DNA of 64,000 nucleotides. Origin: Chrysemys picta bellii. Its lineage: Eukaryota. Shown here one piece after another: positions 34,301-45,530 of the stretch (the first letter of the stretch is position 1; each line of letters starts with the position of its first letter). Position numbers and translations under genes: made by a program. The notes under the pieces were generated by a model. That model made no database searches. It was not told the DNA's origin and worked only from the letters and a program-made list of their open reading frames with translations. The stretch is taken from NCBI RefSeq assembly GCF_011386835.1, contig NC_088807.1, positions 19,220,001 through 19,284,000 of the forward strand, in the 5' to 3' direction.

Positions 34301-35380
34301 TGCCCCCTGGGAAAGGGCTGAGAGGGAACCCCAACCTCCCCTCCCCCCCCCCACCAGCACAACCCCCCCCCAGTGCCACGTTCCCCCCATGCCTCCCCCC
34401 GCCCAATCATCTTCATCAAATTTTATGACTGTGGCTGGGAACTGGGCCCTGGTGCGGTGAGGGGGGGAGGCTGGTGTTGTGAGGGGGGGAAGGGGGACCC
34501 CAGTGCGGGAAGGGGGAGCAGGGAGCCAGGTCACTGGGATTAGGGTGCTGTTCTGGGGGTGCAGGGGAGGACAGCTTAACCAAGGGGTGTGAAACATCTG
34601 GATGGGCCATTCTGATGGGTGGGGGGCATTGGCAGGGCCCCCCGATACAATTATCCCCCCCAACTCAGAGCCCCCCCTGTAGCTTATGACTGACTGTCCG
34701 TCTCTTCCAGATGCTTTTTGGGACAGAGCCCTGGAGGGGGCGAGTCGAATGGGGGATCCGTCTGGGACCAGCACCCCCCACCCCCTCGCTGATTCAGGGA
34801 GCACCCACGGGACTGTGAGACAGATGAACCGAACTGGCCCCAGGCCAGAGGGACAGAGATGTGGCCCCTCTGGGGTAGAGCACGGGGGCTGGGTATCCGG
34901 GGACCCCTTGCCCGGCGCTGGGACGGCAGAGCTTGGAGGCTGGGTGCTGTCTCCCCTGACCCAGCGAAGAGGCGTCTGTCGCACGGAAGTGTCATTTGTT
35001 TTTAAAACACTTTTGTGTCTCAGGCCCACTGCTCTGTGCTTCCTTGTCCTGCGTTGCATGCTGCGGAGTGGGGTCTAGTGGTTAGAGCGGAGGGGGGGGG
35101 GCTGGGAGCCAGGACTCCTGGGTTCTCTCCCTGGCTATGGGAGGGGAGTGAGGTCTAGTGGTTAGAGGGGAAAGGCCCCGTGTCCCATTCCTTGCCCCCG
35201 TTCTGGGGTGGAGCGCGGGGGCTGTGTATACAGGGATCCGGATGGGGGAAGGGAATGTGGGAACAGCATGTGCCCCACTCCCCAGCTGATCAGGAAAGAA
35301 GTAAGGGGGGGAAAATTAACCCTTTATTGTATGAGGGGTGCAGCAGCCCAGGTGGGGGGGGGCTCCCCCCCAGCCTGTCC

Positions 35381-38300
35381 CTACTCTCCCCCCTCTTTTG
35401 GCTCTTCCTCCTGGTCACTCTCCTCCAGCAGCTTCGTCAGATAATCAGCCGCCTCTGCATCCGACGTTGACTTCGGCTTCCCAGTCTCCTTCCCTGCTGC
35501 CCGGGTGCCCTTCAGCCTGCTGCGGGGAGAACAGAGATAATGGGGGTGCTGGGAGCCAGGACTCCAGGGTTCTCTCCCCGGCTCTGGGAGGGGAGTGGGG
35601 CCTAGTGGTTAGAGCGGGGAGGGGCGGGTGCTGGGAGCCAGGACTCCAGGGTTCTCTCCCCGGCTCTGGGAAGGGAGTGGATTGGGGTATCTAGTGACCC
35701 AAATGGGAAAGGCCCCGGGCCCCATATCCCACTCCCCTGAGCCAGCCAGTCCCTGCCCTGGAGCAGGATGGGAGCCAACACCCCCTGGAGGAAAAAGGCC
35801 CCATGCCCCATTTCCCGCCCCCCTGAGGGAGCCAGTCCCTGCCCTGGGGCTGGATGGAGCTGGCGCCCCCTAGAGGGGAAAGGCCCCGGGTCCCTTGCTG
35901 GGCTCAGCCATTGAGCTCTCAGCCAGGACTGGACTGTGTAGACAGGACACGGAGCCCAGGGCAGTTCTGCTCCAGCCGGTACCTACCAGGCGACACAGAC
36001 GCAGAGGAACAGTCCGGCGGCCCCCACGCAGAGCCCCCCTAGGATCCCGGCGTTCCGGCGCTGGCGCGGCGCTGCCAAGGAAAGGGAGGATTGGGGCAGC
36101 TCGGCATCTGCCAGCTGCTCTGGGGTGGGAGGTGGCGCTGCGGCTGGGTCTGGGGGGGCGCGGGGGCTGGGTATATAGAGCCTCACGCAGGGCGGAAGTT
36201 GGCTCTGGGGTTGACTGCGGGGGTGCAGCTGGCTCTGGGGTGGGGTGCGGGGGCTGGGTGTACAGAGCCCCATGGGGGGGATGCAGCTGGCTTTGGAGTG
36301 AGGTGTGGGTGTGGGTGGCCAGAGCTCCACACGGGGGATGCGGCTGGCTCTGGGGTGGGGTGCGGGGGCCGGGTGTACAGAGCTCCACACGGGGGATGCG
36401 GCTGGCTCTGGGGTGGAGTGCAGGGGCTGGGTGTACAGAGCTCCACATGGGGGAGGCGGCGGGCTCTGGGGGCGCAGGGGATGCGGCTGGCTCTGGGGTG
36501 GAGTGCGGGAGCTGGGTGTACAGAGCTCCACACGGGGGATGCGGCTGGCTCTGGGGGCGCAGGGGATGCGGCTGGCTCTGGGGTGGGGTGCAGGGGCTGG
36601 GTGTACAGAGCTCCACACGGGGGATGCGGCTGGCTCTGGGGTGGAGTGCGGGGGCTGGGTGTACAGAGCTCCACACAGGGGAGGCGGCTGGCTCTGGGGT
36701 GGAGTGCGGGGGCTGGGTGTACAGAGCTCCACACGGGGGAGGCGGCTGGCTCTGGGGTGGGGTGCGGGGGCCGGGTGTACAGAGCTCCACACAGGGGAGG
36801 TGGCTGGCTCTGGGGTGGGGTGCGGGGGCTGGGTGTACAGAACTCCACACAGGGGAGGTGGCTGGCTCTGGGGTGGGGTGCGGGGGCCGGGTGTACAGAG
36901 CTCCACACAGGGGAGGTGGCTGGCTCTGGGGTGGGGTGCAGGGGCTGGGTGTACAGAGCTCCACACGGGGGAGGCGGCTGGCTCTGGGGTGGGGTGCAGG
37001 GGCTGGGTGTACAGAGCTCCACATGGGGGAGGCGGCGGGCTCTGGGGGCGCAGGGGATGCGGCTGGCTCTGGGGTGGAGTGCGGGGGCTGGGTGTACAGA
37101 GCTCCACACGGGGGATGCGGCTGGCTCTGGGGGCGCAGGGGATGCGGCTGGCTCTGGGGTGGGGTGCAGGGGCTGGGTGTACAGAGCTCCACACGGGGGA
37201 TGCGGCTGGCTCTGGGGTGGAGTGCGGGGGCTGGGTGTACAGAGCTCCACACAGGGGAGGCGGCTGGCTCTGGGGTGGAGTGCGGGGGCTGGGTGTACAG
37301 AGCTCCACACGGGGGAGGCGGCTGGCTCTGGGGTGGGGTGCGGGGGCCGGGTGTACAGAGCTCCACACAGGGGAGGTGGCTGGCTCTGGGGTGGGGTGCG
37401 GGGGCTGGGTGTACAGAGCTCCACACGGGGGAGGCGGCTGGCTCTGGGGTGGGGTGCAGGGGCTGGGTGTACAGAGCTCCACACGGGGGAGGCGGCTGGC
37501 TCTGGGGTGGGGTGCAGGGGCCGGGTGTACAGAGCTCCACACGGGGGAGGCGGCTGGCTCTGGGGTGGAGTGCGGGGGCTGGGTGTACAGAGCTCCACAC
37601 GCGGGAGGCGGCTGGCTCTGGGGTGGAGTGCGGGGGCTGGGTGTACAGAACTCCACACGGGGGAGGCGGCTGGCTCGCGGGGGGTGGGGGGAAGCGCTGG
37701 CTCTGGGGCCGCTCACCATCGATGGCGCGGTGGAAGCAGGTGCCGTTGGCGTGGCAGCATTTCCTCTGCAGACACTGGCTGGGATAGAAGTTCTCGGCGT
37801 TGCCGCCGCAGGGTGTCCGCAGGGAGGGGTGCTGAGTGCAGGCTGAGGGGGGACCCCTGTTAGTACCAGCTGCCCCCACCCCGTCCTGCTTCCCCCATCC
37901 TCCCAGGCCCTGTGTCCCTCTTCACCGCCGCCCCCACCCGTTTGGGGTCCTGTTCATCCTTTGTGTTGCCACCAGGGGGCTCCCTTGGTCTGCTCGGATC
38001 CCCAGAGCAGGGGATGGGGAATGGGCGGGGGGGGGCTGAGGAGTAGGGGAGGGAAGCAGATGGGAGTTGGGGGGAAGGTGCGGGTGGGGGTTGGGGGCAG
38101 CATGGGGGAGGGGAGGAGGCGGGGCAGTGGGGAGGGGCAGAACAGTGGGGGCGGGGTAGTTACTCACTCAGGGGTCTGAAGAAGCTGCCTATCCCTGTGG
38201 CACCTGTCAGGGGGGAGGGGCAGATTTGAGACTGGCCCTGATCCTTCCCGGACGCCTGGGTCCCCCCATCCCCTCTCGCTTGACCCTTCCCCACTCCCCC

Positions 38301-38533
38301 CTTTGGGGCTGGGGGCAGCCCTGCACAGGCTCCCCGGCTGCCTCCCCCACAAATCCTGCCCCCAAGGCTGGGAGCTGCAGGGTCCCCCAGGGACCAGTGC
38401 CTAATGCTGCCATCTCGGATGCCTGGGTCCCATCCTAGGGGCCAGCCCCCCACTCACCAGCCCCCCCAACGCTCAGCGCCAGCAGGAGGCAGAGCAGAGG
38501 CAGGGGCGGGCGGGGGCCAGAGCCCGTCTTCAT
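35381..38533 (-). CDS. TMEM190: TMEM190-like type I membrane protein (signal peptide, trefoil-like Cys domain, TM, acidic tail), copy 1, 153 aa, intact
   Basis: Exons 38458-38533 (MKTGSGPRPPLPLLCLLLALSVGGA), 38168-38203 (GIGSFFRPL), 37717-37842 (CGGNAENFYPSQCLQRKCCHANGTCFHRAID), 35987-36071 (ILGGLCVGAAGLFLCVCVAW) and 35381-35519 (..LLEESDQEEEPKEGGE*). Total 462 nt, in frame. AATAAA at 35323-35328. Same architecture as mammalian TMEM190 and adjacent to TMEM238. Confidence 0.8.
36180..37690. repeat. 58 bp minisatellite filling TMEM190 intron 3, copy 1
   Basis: GTGTACAGAG recurs with period 58, with interspersed shorter GGGGGCGCAGGGGATGCGGCTGG sub-units. Confidence 0.95.
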
Positions 38534-39179
38534 CCCGAGCCCTTCACGGGTGGGGCAGGGGCAGGGGCAGCTCCCTCCCTGTGCCAGGAGCGCCCCCTGC
38601 AGGAAGCACACGGCGAAGACCCTCAGCAGCGGGCGGGCAGGCTGCGCACACCAGGGGGCGCCAGATGGCGGGGCAGGGCCAGGGGCTCCGCCGTTCTGGA
38701 ACCCGCCTCACAGAACCCAGGCGTTCTAGAGCCCCCGCGAGAGCGGCGTGGGAGTGGGGGGCTGGGCGAGCAGGGGCTGCGGGTCAGGAGTGAGGGGCAC
38801 CAGCAGGGCTGGGGGGGGAGCAGCTCACAGACTGGGGGCTGGATGGGAGCTGGCGTCCCCTAGAGGGGACAGGCCCCATGTCTCATTCCCTGCCCCCCTG
38901 AGCCAGCCAGTCCCCCCTCCCCTGCCAGGTGAGATGCTGGGGGCAGGGTCCAGCCTTCGCCCCTTTCTCAGCCTCTGCGACATTTGGGGCCATTAACTGC
39001 CCCTCCCCCCTGTGCTGCACATTTCCCACAGCCCCTCCCTCCCCCACGCCCCACGCCCCGCAAACCCGGAGCCGCCGGGTCGGTGATGAACTCACAGGAT
39101 TTCTGGGAACCTGCAACTGCTGAACAGGTTCCCGGACACAGCCCCACCGGCGCCCCTCACTGCGGACCCGCAGCCCCAC

Positions 39180-40250
39180 CGGCGCCCCTCACTGTCAGCC
39201 CCCCGCCCCGCCGGTGCCCCTCGCTCCCGACCCGCCGGCGCCCCTCACTCCCGACCCCCAGCCCTGACGGCGCCCCTCACTCCCGCCCTGCCGGCGCCCC
39301 TCACTCCCGGCCCCCAGCCCCGCCAGTGCCCCTCACTCCCGACCTGCCGCGCTCAGCCCCGCCGGCGCCCCTCACTCCCGACCCCCAGCCCCGCCGGCGC
39401 CCCTCACTCCCGACCCCCAGCCCCGCCGGTGCCCCTCACTCCCGACCCCCAGCCCTGATGGCGCCCCTCACTCCCGCCCTGCCGGCGCCCCTCACTCCCG
39501 GCCCCCAGCCCCGCCAGTGCCCCTCACTCCCGACCTGCCGCGCTCAGCCCTGCCGGTGCCCCTCACTCCCGACCCCCAGCCCTGCTGGCACCCCTCACTC
39601 CCGACCCCCAGCCCCGCCAGTGCCCCTCACTCCCGACCCGCTGCGCCCAGCCCTGCCGGTGCCCCTCACTCCCACCCTGCCGGCGCCCCTCACTCCTGGC
39701 CCCCAGCCCCCGCTAGCCCGGCCCTTGGCTCCTCCCACCGCTCATAGACCGGGATATTTTGCCCTCCTGTTTCTTTGTCTCTGTTTCATCCCAAAGCCCC
39801 AGTAAGGCTGGAATCGTTTCAGTTATTAGTGTTGTCCGGAAACTAGGTGTTTACCTGTGCCCCTACACTAACAAACCGGCCTGTGCAGCTCCCAGCGCCC
39901 CCGAGAGACCCTACAATAACAAACCGGCCTGCGCAGCTCCCAGCGCCCCTGAGAGACCCTACAATAACAAACCGGCCTGCGCAGCCCCCGGCTCCCCGGA
40001 GACACCCTACAATAACAAACTGGCCTGCGCAGCCCCCGGAGAGACTCTACAATAACAAACCGGCCTGCGCGGCTCCAGGCATCCAGGAGAGACCCTACAA
40101 TAACAAACCAGCCTGCGCAGCCCCCGGAGAGACCCTACAATAACAAACCGGCCTGCGCAGCTCCTGGCAACCCGGAGAGATCCTACAATAACAAACCGGC
40201 CTGCGCAGCTCCTGGCGTCCCGGAGAGACCCTATAATAACAAACCAAATG
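39180..40250. repeat. Two adjacent minisatellites (CCCCTCACTCCCGACCCC family; ACAATAACAAACCGGCCTGCGCAG family, 39-48 bp); mirrored at ~48860-49800
   Basis: Direct inspection of recurring units. Confidence 0.9.
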
Positions 40251-40589
40251 CGTATCCCCACTGTCTGTCCGTCCGTCCCTTCCCATCACAGACGCTGCCG
40301 CCTCGGCAACTCCCCCCCGCCCCCCCATGAGCCAACCCTGAACCAGCCACCAATTGTTTTGCACAGGCTGCAGCTCCAGGTTGCAGCCACCAGAGGGCGC
40401 CGCTTGCTCCTTTTTTTCCAGCCGCTGCGCGGCCGAAGCAGCGCTGTTGTGTGAGATAACACAACACAACACAACACCCACATTCTGCGCCCCCAGGGGG
40501 CGAGAGCCGTCTCCTTTGCAACCCGCGATCCAGTCCGACTCACTTCTAGAGAGTGTGTGTGTGTGTGGGGGGCAGACCTTACACCAAGC

Positions 40590-41240
40590 CCTGTTGTGCT
40601 GAGTTGTGTTGTGTGCAGTTTGTGAAGGGTATTTTGGGAGGGGAGGGTCAGTGAGCAGGGAAAAGCCTGCACAACACCAAGTTGTGTTGTGTTATCTGGA
40701 TCCCTTCTAAAGCATTGTGGGTGGAAAACCCCGACCCCAAACTGAGTTGTGTTGTGTTTGTGTTTGACCTGAAGTTGTCCCATGCAGTGCTGTGTGGCTG
40801 GTGAGTGGCCTCTTAGCCAGGGGTACGGTGGATTGTGTCGGGTCCCATGTTGTGTTGTTGTTGTGCTAAGACGTATTGTGTTATATTGATTTGTGTTGTA
40901 TCTGACATTGGATTGTGTTGTTTCCCAGTGGGCAGTGCTGTGTTGAGTTGCATTATGGTGTATTGTTTCCCACTGGGAAGCTCTGTGCTGTGTTGCACTG
41001 TTGTGTTGTGTTGCATGCAGTGCTGTGTTGTGTTGTAATGTGCTGTGTTGCGTTGCATTGTGCAGCATTGTGTTGTGTTGCATTGCATGCAGCGCTGTGT
41101 TGCATTATGCTGCATTGCATGCAGCACTGTGTTGTGTTGCATTGTGCAGCACTGTGTTGTGTTGCATTATGTTGCATTGCATGCAGCACTCTGTTGTGTT
41201 GCATTGTGCAGCACTGTGTTGTGTTGCATTGTGTGTCTGT
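40590..41240. repeat. Pentamer-based (TGTGT/TGCAT) low-complexity satellite; related, more degenerate tract at ~46430-46920
   Basis: TGTGTTGTGTTGCATTG repeats. Confidence 0.85.
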
Positions 41241-42569
41241 AGCTCTGCCCAGCGCCCTCCACCCAGCTCCTCTCTGAACCTCAGAATGGCTGTGATTGGG
41301 CCCAGCTGTGAAAGGGGGGGGGCCCACTGGCCAGGCCTCTGGGGGGTGCTGTGGGGGATCTCCAACCCCAGGGGAAGCTGAGCCCAAGAAAGGGGGAACA
41401 TAGCCCGTGGGGGGGGGGTGACTCAGCCCCCCCAGTCAGGAGCACGTCCCCCCACTCCCTCCACGGCCCAACAGCCCCCCCAGGGAAATCAGGGGCCACT
41501 TGGGGTCTCTGGGCTCAGATGGACCCCAGGAGTCCATGGGGGGGCGTTGGAGAAGGGTGGGAATCGGGGGAACTCCAGTGAGGGGGCACCCCTGGATCTA
41601 ATTCAGTGTCTGGGATTCCCCCAGTGCATTTGGGGGGCGGGGGGCTGAGGATCCAAATGCCCCAGATGATCCCCCCCTTACTCCCCAGCTGTCCCGCGCA
41701 GGGGCTCTGTCTCAGGCCCTGAGCTCATCGGCCGTCCCTCCCTCCCTGCGGTGGGGCAGCGGGGAGCCACACGGCGCGGGGGGGGCAGCCCAGGGCTTTG
41801 GGGTGGCCTCGGCGTCATGTCTCAGGCTGGCCACAAACCCGCCAGGGCCGGGCAGCCAGGGCCACCAAGAGGGGAGAGGAAGCCATGAGGCCCTGGCAGG
41901 GTCAGCGGGGGCGGGGGCTCCTGGCTAGCACAGCCCCACCTCTCCCAGCAGGGGGTGCTGTGGGGGGGGGGTGTTGTCAGCCGAGTTTCCATGGTGGGAA
42001 GATCCTGCGGGTCGGGAACGGGGCAGGAATCGAGGAGCTCGGGGTGGGGGTTGGAGGCAGGGCGGTGAATCGGGAGGTTCGGGGGGGTTAGGGGCAGGGC
42101 GGGGAATTGGGGGGTTCGGGAGGGTTGGAGGCAGGGCGGTGAATCGGGGGGTTGGGGGGGGTTGGGGCAGGCGGTGAATCGGGGGGGTTGGGGCAGGACG
42201 GGGAATTGGGGAGTTTGGGGGGGTTGGGGCAGGGCGGGGAATTGGGAGGTTCGGGGGGGTTGGAGGCAGGGTGGTGAATCGGAGGGTTCGGGGGGGGGTT
42301 GGAGGCAGGGCGGTGAATCGGGGGATTTGGGGGGGGGTTGGGGCAGGGCGGTGAATCGGGGGGTTTGGGGGTTTGGGGGTTTGGGGCAGGACAGGGAATT
42401 GGGGAGTTTTGGGGGGCTGGGGCAGGGCGGGGAATTGGGAGGTTCGGGGGGGTTGGAGGCAGGGCGGGGAATCGGGGGGCTCCGGCATCAAAGGATGAAC
42501 GTAGTAAGACAGGAGTCGGGCTGCTTAACACACAACAGCAAAGTGAGTGTCCCTTGGCATGGCAGGGGG

Positions 42570-43215
42570 GTGGGATTGGCAAACTACGGCCCAGGGGCCA
42601 CATCCGCCCCTTCGGATGTTTGAATCCGGCTCTCGAGCTACCGCCCGGGAGCGGGGTCCGGGGCTTGTCCTGCTCCACGTGGCTCCCAGAAGCAGCAGCA
42701 CGTCCCCCCTCCAGCTCCTACATGTAGGGGCAGCCAGGGGGCTCCACACGCTGCCCCCACCCCAAGCGCCTGCGGATGGGGAAGGGCCCAGAGTCCCCTG
42801 GCCGCGCCTCCGCATAGGAGCCGGAGCAGGGATGTGCCGCTGCTTCCGGGAGCTGCTTGAGGTAAGCGCCGCCTGGAGCCTGCACCCCGACCCCCTCCCA
42901 CACCCCTGACCCAGTCCTGATCCCCCTCCCGCCCTCCGAACCCCTCAGTCGCAGCCCAGAGTACCCTCCTGCACCCCCAACCCCTCATCCCCAGCACCAT
43001 CCCAGAGCCCTCACCCCCAGCTGGAGCTCTCACCCCCCCCCCGCACCCCAACCCCCTGCCACAGCCTGGAGTTCCCTCCCGCACCCATAACTCCTCGTTT
43101 CTGGCCCCACCCCAGAGCCCGCACCCCAAACTCTAATTTCGTGAGCATTCATGGCCCGTCATACAATTTCCATACCCAGATGTGGCCCTCGGGCCAAAAA
43201 GTTTGCCCACTCCTA
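42570..43215. mobile_element. Degenerate Charlie/hAT-like MITE
   Basis: Ends GG(G)ATTGGCAAACT...AGTTTGCCCACTCCTA resemble hAT/Charlie TIRs. TSD not resolved. Confidence 0.55.
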
Positions 43216-45169
43216 GTCTAGTGGATTAGAGCAGGGGGGCTGGGAGCCAGGACTCCTGGGTTCTCTCCCTGGCTCTGGGAGGGGCATGGAGGCCTAGTGG
43301 TTAAAGCAGGAGAGGGCTGGGAGCCAGGACTCCTGGGTTCGCTCCCTGCCTCTCCCGGAGCTCAGTTCCCCACCTGCGTCCAATCTTTCCCAGCCAGCAG
43401 ATCCCAGCGTGAAATGACCCAACTCAGCCAGAACGACTCATCGGAGCCAGGAGGGCAGCGCCCGCCCGCCCTGCCCGCCAGCCGCTGCCGGCTTCCCCGG
43501 CCTGTCTGGGATTCCCCCGGCCCCGCCTCTGCCGTTGGGGCTGGAGCCACGGAGGGGCCTGGGTCTGCCCCCAGGGCCCGATCTCCAGCCCTGCCCCTCC
43601 TCACTGCCTTGTGTGCCAAGTGCCCCCCCGAGCGAGCTACCCCCCTGGGTACCCCTTGCCTGATCACCCACCACCCCGTCACCCCACCCCATACAGCCCC
43701 CACCCTGTACAACCTCCTGGGCATCCCCTGCCTGGTCACCCCCCACCCCATACACCCCCCACCCCGTGTAGCCCCCATCATCCCACCACATACAGCCCCC
43801 TGGGCATCCCCTGCCTGGTCACCCCCCCCCTCCCTGTACAGCCCCCACCCCATCACCCCACCCCGTACAGCCCCCACCCCGTAGAGCCCCCACTCCGCCA
43901 CCCCCCACCCTGTACAATCCCATCCCCGTATAGCCCCCTGGGCACCCCTTGCCTGGTCACCCCCCTCCCTGTACAGCCCCCACCCCACCCCATCCACCCC
44001 GGACAGCCCCCGCCCCATCACCGCCACCCCATCCAGCCACCTCCCATAGGCCCCTACACCGCCAGCCATCCCCAGACAACCCCCCCCCCGTTTTTCTCTC
44101 ATTTTATGGCCTCTAGTCGACCCTGCTGTCCTGTCCCCAGTCCCAAGGCAGGAGTTGGGGGAGGGGGGGCATCAGACATGGCACTGGGGGGTGTCACAGG
44201 GAGACAGGGCACCCCGGGGCTGGGGAACCCCTCGCCTTCTGGCCCAGGGGCCCTGCGATTAGGGTATTCCCTCCCCCCTTCCGCTCTCCCCCCAACTATC
44301 CCCTTTTACCCACCACCCCACCCCCGAATCTGCCTTGTCTAGGGGGTGGCTGGGGCCCAGTGCCCCCTCCCCCGGTTCCCGTCATTCCCCTCCCCACCCC
44401 ACCCCCAACCTGGCCTGTGCTGGGCGGGGGTGGGGCCCAGCAGCTGAGATCTATGGGGCACTGCTCAGTATGAGGTGACCCCCAAGCAATGGGGGGGTGG
44501 GGAGAGGTGAATCAAGCCCATCACCCCAGCACCCAGAATCCTTTGCAGAAGCCCCTGCAAGGAAGGGCCTTGGTGATTTCTTGCAAAGGATTCTGGGAGG
44601 AGTCCTCCAGTAGCGAACAGTGACCTCTGACCCTCCCAGCGACCCCCTGATCTTGGGCCTAGAGTGCATGACCCTTGACTTCCACATGACCTTTAACCTT
44701 CACTGTGACCCCGACCTCTGGGCCTATAGCAGCAGGTGGATAGGCCCCACTGTGAACTCTGACCCCCATAGTGACCCCCCCATTGTGACCCTGAGTCTAT
44801 AGTGCAGATGTTCATGACCCCTGACCCCTGCCGGACAGAGGCCCAGCTGAGCCAGGGTTCATTGACACAGTGGTTGAAACAGGAGAAGCTGGCTGGGCCC
44901 CTGTCTGTCTTGGGGATCCCCCCCGGGATCTGCCCCAGGATCCCCCCACTCCCTCCAATGCCCACGATCCCCGGCGCTCACCACCCGACAGCTCACCGGG
45001 CTCGCCAAAGGGAGGTGCTGGGGTACCCTCCCCCTTGCACACATGTGGGGAAACTGAGGCACCCAGCAAGGCCTGGCCAAGGTCAGCCACTGGAGCTGGG
45101 ATAGAACCCAGGAGTCCTGAGGCCCAGGCCGGTTCTTGGTCCACTAGGGCACAGGACCCATGCGACTGA

Positions 45170-45208
45170 CACGCAGGGCAGGGCCCGGCCCCTCCAGCAG
45201 GGGGCAGC

Positions 45209-45243
<35 letters not shown>

Positions 45244-45530
45244 CAGAGCAGGGCCCGGCCCGGCCCCTCCAGCAGACACACACACACACACAGCGCAGGG
45301 CCCAGCCCCTCCAGCAGGGGGCGACAGGGACACACACACACATACACAAGCAGAGCAGGGCCCAGCCCTTCGAGCAGGGGGCGACAGGGACACACACACA
45401 CACACGCAGAGCAGGGCCCGGCCCCTCCAGCAGGGACACACACACACACACGCAGAGCAGGGCCCGGCTCCTCCAGCAGGAGGCATCAGGGACACACACA
45501 CACGCACACACACACACACACACACACGGC
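45170..45530. repeat. Tandem unit of CCAGCAGGGGGCG plus (CA)n; related singletons at ~26840, ~46200 and ~63640
   Basis: GGCCCAGCCCCTCCAGCAGGGGGCGACAGGGACACACAC..GCAGAGCAG repeated ~6 times. Confidence 0.9.

Noticed and set aside
33838-34321. PKPCPCCP ORFs resembling small proline-rich/EDC proteins
   Set aside because: Product of a 37-bp non-triplet repeat. All frames give similar peptides, and the array is largely deleted in copy 2.
38207-38413. MAALGTGPW.. ORF as the TMEM190 start
   Set aside because: Not signal-like, has TGA at codon 4 in copy 2, and lies in intron 1 of the better model starting at 38533.
39860-40250. Regular direct repeats with short variable intervals (CRISPR-like look)
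   Set aside because: The intervals are related to one another rather than unique spacers, the DNA is vertebrate, and there are no cas genes. It is a minisatellite.
40813-41387. Cys-rich CCVALH / QHNAT ORFs resembling keratin-associated proteins
   Set aside because: Translation of a pentamer satellite; no gene structure.
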